From Nitrososphaerota archaeon (GTDB taxonomy: Archaea; Thermoproteota; Nitrososphaeria_A; Caldarchaeales; Calditenuaceae), in assembly GCA_041641295.1 (NCBI GenBank), contig JBEPYO010000001.1, forward strand, positions 256,001 to 320,000: a stretch of DNA of 64,000 nucleotides, given 5' to 3'. Of this stretch, positions 49,001-56,692 are shown piece after piece. Numbering within the stretch: position 1 is the stretch's first letter; each line of letters opens with the position of its first letter. A program made the position numbers and the translations under genes. The notes beneath the pieces are model-generated. The model worked only from the letters and a program-made list of their open reading frames with translations, was not told the DNA's origin and did no database searches.

Positions 49001-49463
49001 CGACTGAGCCTGCGATCTCTGTACCTCCAGCTGACCTTATTGGGCCTGCGTAGTAGACGGCCATGTAGCTTGTGCCGTCGTTGTTCTGCTTTATCTTGAC
49101 GCCGACTATGCCCTCGTTGGGTGCGGCTGTTGTCCCGGGCGGTGTCATCACGGCGAGTGCGGCGCGGAGGATTTGGGTGAGCTTAGACGGGTCGGACCCG
49201 CCGGAGTCGCTGTATAGGCGGTCTATGAGTCGGAACGGCACTATCTCTGGGTCGCAGCTCTGTTTGAGCTCTCTGATGATGGAGGCTACACCGGGTGGCC
49301 CTACAAGAAGCTCGATCCTCTCAGCCATGTCATAGGCTATCTTGACCTCGACGTCCCCAGTGGGCTGCTGTACCCTCCGCCTAAACTCTCTCGCAACCTC
49401 GTACTCTCTCTTAACCCTCTCCATTATTTCGGAGAGGTATGAGGCCCCGTAGTCCTCCGCCAA
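46071..49463 (-). CDS. polC: DNA polymerase D large subunit DP2
   Basis: AGPIRSAGGT, GGFRLRYGR, GRPEKA, KDGT.R.D, catalytic CDGDED, Zn fingers and a PIP-like QLSLKRYM. No intein evident. Confidence 0.97.
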   Translation of the reverse strand: MAEDYGASYLSEIMERVKREYEVAREFRRRVQQPTGDVEVKIAYDMAERIELLVGPPGVASIIRELKQSCDPEIVPFRLIDRLYSDSGGSDPSKLTQILRAALAVMTPPGTTAAPNEGIVGVKIKQNNDGTSYMAVYYAGPIRSAGGTEIAGSVVLADYLRKVAGLSPYKATEEEVMRFIEEIRTYRRKVGNFQYNVPEDVLRYVLHRLPIEITGIATDNIPVSSFRDLKRVETPYLRGGALRVVNDGVVGRARKLLRLIETAGLEGWEWLRAVPEMLKRYAPARKGSVLEEVVGGRPVLSMENMFGGFRLRYGRAPNTSMAALGIHPYTMKILRGYVAIGTQLKTDYPGKGGVAMAVSTIEPPVVMLSDTSVIRVDSEQKLAEAEERLSKILFNGDILVSFGDCVENNVKLQQPGYCEEYWLEEVVSNQRWRDILSRDEVVEVEKVLANPFTHTPKVEDACKISAKLGVPIHPRYMPFWDRATGGDIEALRRWLRTAIQYSTRSSGYFQLPIDSNAKRILESMLIEHRIQGNRIQLSKDWVKALIFLFRPFKNIDVSGMGLGEAVEKLSGTPHRPRMGTVLTVRVGRPEKARQRRLKPPVHLLYPLGLAGGATRDVVKAAEHENISLELVSRICTACGERTWRGICSRCEKPTVLVADCDQCGSEYMEPESKTCPRCGHTLKASRKWVVDLKEELRRAEGVAGASVKVLKGVKKLTSWSKQPEDMVKGILRAWQGLYVYKDGTIRFDSTNAPLTHFTPSQIGVEPEKLRALGYTHDINGEPLRSSDQLLELKIQDIVIPSELAAHLYKTSKFIDRLLACAGLPEYYKLNSPRDVIGILVATLSPHTYGAVVCRVIGITEARVVYAHPLLHAAKRRDCDGDEDSVMLLLDVFMNFSRKYLPDRIGGMMDTPLLLNVIVDPREVDEQSHNVEVVSRFPLEFYRAAERGEPAVQLADRIKLLRELVNMGPNLRGVKCMNHVAILHGYVNKSTYTKKSTMLERVTAQLELCNMLSAVDPRFVAERVMAHHVLPDIIGNLRTYFSQSYRCKRCGARYRRMLLRGVCRICGSELTQTVYRGAVEKYVELATLLLEEYIENPYLREGSINAVENIQSVFKQSPTGSPRQLSLKRYM

Positions 49464-49516
49464 CTACTGGAGGCCTTGTAGGTGGTGAGTTATAAAGAAG
49501 GCCGGGCCTCTGGGGG

Positions 49517-50329
49517 CTACAATCGCGCATCGATATATCTTGATAGGGCCGGCGGCCTCTCCTTGGCCGCTTCTCTAGAGTATTCCACTACCTCGGCCAG
49601 CTTTTGGGGGTCCTGCTCAGCCAATGTGCCGGTTACAATGATGTCGGCTCCAGCCCGTATGGCCTCTGCGGCCGCCTTGCCAGACCTGATGCCTCCGCCC
49701 ACGATTAAGGGAATATCCACCGTCTTCCTAACAACGCGGATGAGTTCTGGGGGTATTGGGGACTCTGCCCCCGACCCAGCCTCCAGATAGATTAGCCGCA
49801 TGCCCAGCATTTGGGCAGCCAGGGCATAGCTCGCAACTATGTTGGGCTTATTCTCGGGGAGTGGGAATGCCCTACCCACTGCTGCAACACTCGTCTCGCC
49901 CTTAATCACTACGTATCCGACAGGTATCGGCTCAAGGTTGTATTCCTTGACCATGAAGGAGCCGTGAATCTGGGCCCCCAGTATAAACCACCACTCCAGA
50001 GAGTTGAGCAGAGACATGTAGAAGACCGCGTCGGCGTAGGGGCTTAGAGATGTGATGTTGCTCGGGAAAATTATAACCGGCAGGTCGGAGACAGACTTTA
50101 TGGCTTTAATTGCCTCATCCATCATCTCCTTGAAATATACGGTTGAGCCTCCCACCATGAACCCATCCGTGCCCATCTCCTCAGACCTCTCCGCGAGCTT
50201 CGCCAAGTTCTTAGTATCCAATACCTCGGGATCGAAGAGTGTCAGATGTACGAACCCCTTCTGCCTGAGCCTATTTACCAGATAGTTCTCTGTCTTTCCA
50301 ATCTTGAATCCTGTCTCGCCGCGGCTCAT
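49517..50329 (-). CDS. Geranylgeranylglyceryl phosphate synthase
   Basis: HLTLFDP, MVGGS, FP.N, SLLNS, YLEAGSGA and VGGGIR. Confidence 0.94.
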   Translation of the reverse strand: MSRGETGFKIGKTENYLVNRLRQKGFVHLTLFDPEVLDTKNLAKLAERSEEMGTDGFMVGGSTVYFKEMMDEAIKAIKSVSDLPVIIFPSNITSLSPYADAVFYMSLLNSLEWWFILGAQIHGSFMVKEYNLEPIPVGYVVIKGETSVAAVGRAFPLPENKPNIVASYALAAQMLGMRLIYLEAGSGAESPIPPELIRVVRKTVDIPLIVGGGIRSGKAAAEAIRAGADIIVTGTLAEQDPQKLAEVVEYSREAAKERPPALSRYIDARL

Positions 50330-50712
50330 GTCTCCCTGTTTTCCTCGCTACTCTCGCTAGAGTCTGGGGCTTCGAGTTGACTACCCTCCTCCGAGGCCTC
50401 AACTGGCTCGCCAGACTCTGCTTGAGAAGCCTCAACCACTACGGCCTCAAGCCTCTCAATCTTCTCTCTAACCTTCTCAGGACTAACCCGGCCCGTTACA
50501 ATGTCGTACCATGTAGAGTAAGCGTCGACGGGCAGATAGCTCTTCAGCCATGGGACCTCGTGGCTAACACCGCATTTGCCGCAGGAGACAACGGCCCTGA
50601 ACCTCATGACCTGTGTTACAGTGACGGCCTGAGCGCCGCATAGGGGGCAGACGAAAACTTTCGGCGGTGCTCGAGCAGTTCTACGTATTATCTTCCTCCT
50701 CTTCCTCCCCAA
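50326..50712 (-). CDS. elf1: Transcription elongation factor Elf1 with acidic C-terminal extension
   Basis: MGRKRRK, F.CP.C, C..C and VD.YS.W.D. Confidence 0.9.
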   Translation of the reverse strand: MGRKRRKIIRRTARAPPKVFVCPLCGAQAVTVTQVMRFRAVVSCGKCGVSHEVPWLKSYLPVDAYSTWYDIVTGRVSPEKVREKIERLEAVVVEASQAESGEPVEASEEGSQLEAPDSSESSEENRET

Positions 50713-50791
50713 CCCTAGTTACACCTAGGTTTAAAGGGGATAGGCGCTGCTAATTACCTTTCCCACACCACCAATTTTGCCGGATATCATG

Positions 50792-50884
50792 TGCGGCCGC
50801 CGGGATTTGAACCCGGGACTTGCGGGCGTGCCCGCCAGAGTTGGCTCGGGGCCCCGCCGTCATACCTGGCTAGACCACGGCCGC
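50792..50884 (-). tRNA. tRNA-Gly(CCC) with 19-nt BHB intron at 37/38 (50828-50846)
   Basis: GCGGCCG/CGGCCGC acceptor stem, GGGTTCAAATCCC T arm, and a perfect BHB GCGGG-GCCC-CGA-GCCA-ACTC-TGGC-GGGC-ACG-CCCGC. The mature form is 74 nt. Confidence 0.88.
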
Positions 50885-50920
50885 CTACAGTCTCGGCGGA
50901 TGGATTGGGGGTGGCTGTCT

Positions 50921-51544
50921 TCAGATATTCTCAGAGGTTGCTTTGAAATAAATCTTGAGCGCTGATTCCTCGTCTGGGCTTAGGCCCTTAAACTCTGGCC
51001 CTGTCCCGTCGTCGGGCAGGACTTGGATGGTGGCTGTGGGGTATTGTTTTTTGAGCCTTGCTACGAGTTCGTGGGTCAGTGCCTCGGGCCTATATCCGAT
51101 GTAGAAGGCGAGGCGCCTATTCTCTCCGAGGCATTTAACAGTCATCCTGCAGTCTTCCTCGAAGGCCTCAATGCTTGGGTAGGTGTGGGTCTTCACCACG
51201 TAGCCGTCCACCACGTAGGCGACTCCCAGCCTGCGGCCCGGGTCTATTGCGATATCGAGGGAGGTTGGCGGCCTGTTTGGCCCAAGGTTTGAGGCCGCTT
51301 GGAGGGCTATACACTCGGGGGAGGGGTAGTCTTCCAGGTAAAGCGTTTTCAGACGACTGGGAAGGGACAGCCCCTCCTCCCTGCTGGCCACAGCCACCTT
51401 CACGGTGAGCGGAATCTCTTCGAGAGCCGTCACCCAAAGAGCCTGGATGCCGATACGCCGACAGGCCTCCAACACTTTTAACGCCTTCGCGTTATCTCTC
51501 AAGAGAACGGCGACAACACCCTTAATCCCGCCCCTCAACCCCAC
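50921..51544 (-). CDS. Hypothetical protein with RNase H-like (YqgF/RuvC-type) motif
   Basis: IAIDPG...GVA first-strand motif and D..SA..I near the C-terminus. Confidence 0.6.
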   Translation of the reverse strand: MGLRGGIKGVVAVLLRDNAKALKVLEACRRIGIQALWVTALEEIPLTVKVAVASREEGLSLPSRLKTLYLEDYPSPECIALQAASNLGPNRPPTSLDIAIDPGRRLGVAYVVDGYVVKTHTYPSIEAFEEDCRMTVKCLGENRRLAFYIGYRPEALTHELVARLKKQYPTATIQVLPDDGTGPEFKGLSPDEESALKIYFKATSENI

Positions 51545-51647
51545 TATTGACTTGTGGGCTGGCTTATAACAGGAGGATGGGGGAGGGCGTCCATTGCCGG
51601 TGAAAATATTTAAAGCATGGCGGGCCGCCTCAATCTGAAGGGATTAA

Positions 51648-53099
51648 GTGGCGTCCTTCTGGGAAGGCCCGGGTTTAACGTTTGACGATGTACTGCTGGT
51701 GCCTAGGTTCTCGACACTAAAGTCGAGGAGCGAGGCGTCCACTGTAACAAAGCTGACCAGGAGGCTCACCATCAACATCCCGATAGTCTCTGCGGCAATG
51801 GACACTGTTACTGAGAGCAAAATGGCCATAGCCATGGCGAGGGAGGGAGGCCTCGGCGTTATACACCGATTTATGCCGATTAGACAGCAGGTGGCTGAGG
51901 TCCTTAAGGTGAAGAGGGCCGAGGGGATAATCATCGACGACCCCTACACCATATTGCTGGGCTCTACGGTCGGAGAGGCGCGGCGAGAGATGGAGGCTAG
52001 GGGCGTGTCAGGCTTAATCGTTGTGGACAACGAGAGGCGGGTGCACGGCATAGTCACTGCGCGGGACATAATGTTTGAGAGGGATGATACCCGCGTGGAC
52101 GATGTGATGACCCCGAGGAGCAGGCTAGTAACAGCTCGCGAGGGAGTCACGACAGAGGAGGCAGTAGAGCTCATAAGGAAGCATAAGGTCGAGAAGATCC
52201 CAATCGTGGATGAGGACTGGAGGGTTAAAGGTCTGATAACGGCCAAGGATATCAGGTCTCGAGGACTCTACCCACACTCCTCGCGGGATGCTAAGGGGCG
52301 GATGATGGTTGGGGCTGCCATCGGTGTCAAGGGAGACTTCCTAGAGAGGGCTCGCGCCCTAGTCGAGGCTGAGGCCGATGTACTGGTGGTGGACGTGGCG
52401 CACGGGCATACAGAACTGGTGATAAACGCCCTCAAAACGCTGAGAAGAGAGCTCGGCGATGACGTACAGATAATAGCTGGGAACGTCGCCACGCCTGAAG
52501 GGTTCGAAGACCTAGCCGCTTATGCCGACTGTGTAAAGGTCGGTATAGGCCCTGGAGCCGTATGCACGACAAGGATAGTTGCGGGCGTGGGTGTTCCGCA
52601 GCTCACGGCAATTCTGAGCTGTGCTGAGGCATCGGAGAGGACGGGAGTTCCCATGATGGCTGACGGTGGTATCAGGAGCTCAGCCGACCTGGTGAAGGCT
52701 TTGGCGGGCGGAGCCTCCACAGTGATGATTGGCATGCTGCTAGCGGGTACAGATGAGAGCCCAGGCGCTATTGTGGTGAGGAACGGTAGGAAGAGCAAGG
52801 TCTACAGGGGCATGGCCTCCTTCTACGCTATGCTGAGCAGGGAGACAAAGTCAGCAGGGGACGTGCCACTCGACGAGGTTGCCGACTACTCCTACATGGC
52901 GGAGGGTGTTGAAGCATACGTCGACTACAAGGGCTCGGCATCAGACGTCATAAAGCAGCTGGTGAATGGTCTAAAGTCTGGGATGAGTTACCTAGGTGCG
53001 AGGACGATACCGGAACTGAGGCGGAACGCAGTGTTCATCCAGATCACGCATGCCTCATACCTCGAGTCGCTACCGCACGACGTCGAGCGGATAGGCTAG
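51648..53099 (+). CDS. guaB: IMP dehydrogenase
   Basis: LTFDDVLL.P, SAAMDTVT, CBS pair, GIGPG.VCTTR, ADGGI and YRGM.S. Confidence 0.97.
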   Translation: MASFWEGPGLTFDDVLLVPRFSTLKSRSEASTVTKLTRRLTINIPIVSAAMDTVTESKMAIAMAREGGLGVIHRFMPIRQQVAEVLKVKRAEGIIIDDPYTILLGSTVGEARREMEARGVSGLIVVDNERRVHGIVTARDIMFERDDTRVDDVMTPRSRLVTAREGVTTEEAVELIRKHKVEKIPIVDEDWRVKGLITAKDIRSRGLYPHSSRDAKGRMMVGAAIGVKGDFLERARALVEAEADVLVVDVAHGHTELVINALKTLRRELGDDVQIIAGNVATPEGFEDLAAYADCVKVGIGPGAVCTTRIVAGVGVPQLTAILSCAEASERTGVPMMADGGIRSSADLVKALAGGASTVMIGMLLAGTDESPGAIVVRNGRKSKVYRGMASFYAMLSRETKSAGDVPLDEVADYSYMAEGVEAYVDYKGSASDVIKQLVNGLKSGMSYLGARTIPELRRNAVFIQITHASYLESLPHDVERIG

Positions 53100-53100
53100 C

Positions 53101-54354
53101 ATGCCGGGAATAGTAGTGGTTGGGCTGCAGTGGGGGGACGAGGGAAAAGGCAAGGTATCAGCATACCTAGCGAGGGGGGCGTCGCTAGCCGTAAGATTCA
53201 ACGGCGGGGCCAACGCGGGCCACACCGTCACGCTACCCGATAGGACACTCAGCCTCCACATGCTACCAGCCGCTACCATCTCAACCAAGTCGGCCGCAAT
53301 AGGCCCCGGCGTCTACCTCGACCTAGAGGAAATGCTCCGCGACATAGCTAAGCTGGAGGAGGCTGTGGGGAAGGTGGGAGTAGTTGTGAGCCCGCGAGCC
53401 CACCTTGTAACCCCTCTTCAGGTAGGACTTGACGCAAAGATGGAGGAGCTTAGAGGTGGAGGTTCGATAGGCACTACGCGGAGGGGAATTGGTCCGACAG
53501 CCCTTCACAAGTATGGTAGGCTCGGGCTGAGACTGTGCGACGTTCTTGAAGAAAGCGGTGCCGATGAGCTAGTCAGGCTCTGGGAGAGGCTTTGGGGTGG
53601 TGTGATACCATTTAACCCCGCGGAGGTCTTGGCGAGGGTTAGGGAGCTTGCCGAGCAGGTCAGAGGTATGGTGGGAGATGTCTCTTCACTGATTAGGACA
53701 CAGCTCTCGAGTGGTGGGACGGTCGTTTTCGAAGGGGCTCAGGGAACCATGCTAGACATAGACCACGGCACATACCCCTACGTCACCTCCAGCCACACCA
53801 TCTCGGCCGCGGCTGCAATAGGCTCTGGCGTGGGGTTAAGGTCCATAGATAGGGTGGTAGGAGTAGCTAAGGCATATACAACTAGGGTTGGGGCAGGACC
53901 CTTCCCCACCGAGATATCGGGACCAGTAGCAGACGTGATTAGGGAGCGGGGAGGCGAGTATGGGGCAACGACGGGCAGGCCGCGGAGGATAGGTTGGCTC
54001 GACCTACCACAGCTCAGATACGCTTGCATGCTCAACGACACTGACCAAATATTCCTCACAAGGGTCGATACACTCTCGGGGCTAGAAAGGGTGAAACTCT
54101 GCGTGAAGTATGAGGGTGTGGGGGAGTCTTATCCAGAGAGGGTCGCTGTTCTGAGGGGTGTGGAGCCAGTTTATCTGGAGCTCGAGGGGTGGCCTCGGAT
54201 AGATGATGCTGAGAGGGAGAGGCTGAGGCGGGAGGGGTATGGAGCCCTTCACAGAGCCGCCCGTCGATACCTAGAGAAGGTCGAGGAAGAGCTTGGAACA
54301 CCCATCAAGTATATCGGCATCGGCCCGGGCGTATTGGACGTCATCGTGAAATAG
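53101..54354 (+). CDS. purA: Adenylosuccinate synthetase
   Basis: GLQWGDEGKG, GGANAGHT, GTT.RGIGP, EGAQG, GTYPYVTS and TTGRPRR. Confidence 0.97.
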   Translation: MPGIVVVGLQWGDEGKGKVSAYLARGASLAVRFNGGANAGHTVTLPDRTLSLHMLPAATISTKSAAIGPGVYLDLEEMLRDIAKLEEAVGKVGVVVSPRAHLVTPLQVGLDAKMEELRGGGSIGTTRRGIGPTALHKYGRLGLRLCDVLEESGADELVRLWERLWGGVIPFNPAEVLARVRELAEQVRGMVGDVSSLIRTQLSSGGTVVFEGAQGTMLDIDHGTYPYVTSSHTISAAAAIGSGVGLRSIDRVVGVAKAYTTRVGAGPFPTEISGPVADVIRERGGEYGATTGRPRRIGWLDLPQLRYACMLNDTDQIFLTRVDTLSGLERVKLCVKYEGVGESYPERVAVLRGVEPVYLELEGWPRIDDAERERLRREGYGALHRAARRYLEKVEEELGTPIKYIGIGPGVLDVIVK

Positions 54355-54391
54355 GGCTAAACAGCCTCCTAGTCAGGTCTCTCACAGGGAC

Positions 54392-55741
54392 ATGTTGGGA
54401 TGTGGGGAGATAGAGAGGGCGATCGGGGTTGAGGGCTACTACACCTCTACCCGTGGAATAGGAGGCGTCATAAAGAAGCAGCCTGAAGACTTCCTAGTCT
54501 CCGAGATACTTGAGGGCGGGCTCGACGCCCAAGCCCTCTGGCTTAAAGACCCTCTCCCCATAGAGCCCACACGCTACACGCTCTGGATACTGAAGAAAAG
54601 GGATATGGAGACGGTCTCAGCGTTAGCCGAGCTGGCTCAAATAATTGGAACCAAACCCTCCAAGGCGAAGATATGCGGGATAAAGGATAGAAGGGCCATA
54701 ACCTATCAATACGTGGCCCTACCAGTGGCTAGGGTCTCGGAGGGTAGCGGCCACTACGCATCAAGGGGTTGGGAAGCATGGAGAATAGGGTTCATCGACG
54801 AACTCAACTCCTCTAGGCTGCTCGCGAATAGATTCGACATAACAATTTGGACGACTAGTGATGTAGACTCTTCACTCCTAACACAGTTTAAACAAGCTGT
54901 TCAGGACAGTGGAGTCCCCAACTTTTTTGGGCATCAGAGGTTCGGCCTCCTAAGACCCATAACACACCTTGTAGGCAGACTGATAGTGAAGGGAGATCTG
55001 CGCGGCGCTGTAGACACCTTCCTGGGATTCACCACAGAGTTTGAGCCTGAACCAGTTAGGACTGCCCGGAAGACCTTTTCTGAGACTGGCGACTATGGAG
55101 AGGCGTTAAAGAATTTCCCGCCAAGCCTGACATACGAGAGGAGGATACTGCGACACCTTTCCCGAGTGCCCGGAGACTACTCCGGCGCCCTCAGAAGCCT
55201 CCCACTACGCATAAGGCGGCTATTCGTCGACGCCTACTCCTCCTACCTCTTCAACAGGGCTCTAAGCCTCACACTTAGGGACGGCCTCCGTCTTGACGAG
55301 CCTTGCATAGGAGACCTCTTCGTCAGGATAGATAGGCATCACCGCCCATATGGCAGGCCGCTACAGGTTACTAGCGCGAATCTTGAAGAGATTGGTGTGA
55401 GAATCAAGAGAGGAGAGGTGGCAATAGTCCTACCAACCCCCGGATACCTCTCATGGATTCCCAGCGGCCCGCGAGGCAGCGCATTGAAAAACGTGCTAGA
55501 GGAGGAAGGGGTCTCGCCTAGGAGTTTTAGAACTAAGCTTATGCCTGAAGCCTCATCGACAGGAATGTATAGGCCCATATTATTGAGACCGCTCAAGCTC
55601 GAGCTTGAGAAGCTGCACGACTCCAGTGTTAAACTCTATCTTACACTGCCACCCTCGAGCTATGCAACATCCCTGCTGAGAGAACTCATGAAGAGGAGAT
55701 GCGCGCTGGCATACATTGGTAAGGAGCACTGCTATGCTTAA
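54392..55741 (+). CDS. truD: tRNA pseudouridine(13) synthase
   Basis: PEDF.V.E, G.KDR.A.T.Q, N.F, PN.FG.QRFG and YAT..LRE. Confidence 0.95.
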   Translation: MLGCGEIERAIGVEGYYTSTRGIGGVIKKQPEDFLVSEILEGGLDAQALWLKDPLPIEPTRYTLWILKKRDMETVSALAELAQIIGTKPSKAKICGIKDRRAITYQYVALPVARVSEGSGHYASRGWEAWRIGFIDELNSSRLLANRFDITIWTTSDVDSSLLTQFKQAVQDSGVPNFFGHQRFGLLRPITHLVGRLIVKGDLRGAVDTFLGFTTEFEPEPVRTARKTFSETGDYGEALKNFPPSLTYERRILRHLSRVPGDYSGALRSLPLRIRRLFVDAYSSYLFNRALSLTLRDGLRLDEPCIGDLFVRIDRHHRPYGRPLQVTSANLEEIGVRIKRGEVAIVLPTPGYLSWIPSGPRGSALKNVLEEEGVSPRSFRTKLMPEASSTGMYRPILLRPLKLELEKLHDSSVKLYLTLPPSSYATSLLRELMKRRCALAYIGKEHCYA

Positions 55742-55765
55742 ATCCGAGAATCCATAATCAATGAC

Positions 55766-56431
55766 TTGTTGTACATCGCAAGAGAAGAGCGGCCATTGGC
55801 TACATTCACGATTATAGCCATAAACTTGATAGTCTTCGCCCTCACCTTCATTTTTGGCAGAGTGTTCATGATCTCTAACTTTGGGCTGGTCCCAGTAACA
55901 ATTATGGCCGCACCAGACCTCTACACCCTCCTATACGGAGTGTTTACCATCTTCACATCCATGTTCATCCACGATGGATTCCTTCATATCTTCTTCAACA
56001 TGTGGGGGCTGCTGATTCTGGGGAGGGATGTTGAGATTCTGCTGGGCAGGTCTAGGTTCATCGCGCTCTACTTCGCTAGCGGCGTGGTAGGTGGGTTGTC
56101 GTACGCGTTCACCAGCTATTACTTCCCTTCAAACAGATTCGCACCCTACATTCCAGCCGTCGGAGCCTCTGGAGCGGTGTTCGGAGTTATGGGGGCATTC
56201 GGCGTCTTATTCCCGAGAAGACCATTGGCCCTATTCCTCTACCTGATACCCATCGTCGCGCCAGCATACATCGTCATACTCGTTCTGGCACTCCTCCAGA
56301 CGCTACTAGCCTTTACAATGCCTTTCAGCTCGATTGCATATAGTGCACACATCGGGGGCCTCCTCATGGGACTTGGTCTCACCGCCGTGTGGGCTTCAGG
56401 CCTAAACCGGTATAGGGTCTATTATTGGTGA
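55766..56431 (+). CDS. Rhomboid intramembrane serine protease
   Basis: SMF.H...H..FNM, GASG and AH.GG. Confidence 0.94.
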   Translation: MLYIAREERPLATFTIIAINLIVFALTFIFGRVFMISNFGLVPVTIMAAPDLYTLLYGVFTIFTSMFIHDGFLHIFFNMWGLLILGRDVEILLGRSRFIALYFASGVVGGLSYAFTSYYFPSNRFAPYIPAVGASGAVFGVMGAFGVLFPRRPLALFLYLIPIVAPAYIVILVLALLQTLLAFTMPFSSIAYSAHIGGLLMGLGLTAVWASGLNRYRVYYW

Positions 56432-56442
56432 GTCGAGTCTTC

Positions 56443-56592
56443 CTAGGCGACTCCGAGCAATATGGCGCCTATAGCCCTCCCCAACGCCCTGAACAGATCG
56501 GCGATAAAAACCGATGATACGGCTACCAATAGGAAAAAGAGAAACAGGGCTATCACAGAGGCCAACTCTCTTGGCTGCACCATGGATCCCAT
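56443..56592 (-). CDS. Small membrane protein, 49 aa, not in the ORF track
   Basis: Hand translation: MGSMVQPRELASVIALFLFFLLVAVSSVFIADLFRALGRAIGAILLGVA. A TTAATATA box at 56612-56619 precedes it. Confidence 0.6.
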   Translation of the reverse strand: MGSMVQPRELASVIALFLFFLLVAVSSVFIADLFRALGRAIGAILLGVA

Positions 56593-56692
56593 GATAGCGG
56601 GGGGATTCCACTATATTAACGGATTCCGCCACGTGAAGAGCAGGATGCAGATTTTTTTGTGGAAGTCCTATCTCTTCGCGACCGCTGGGTGG

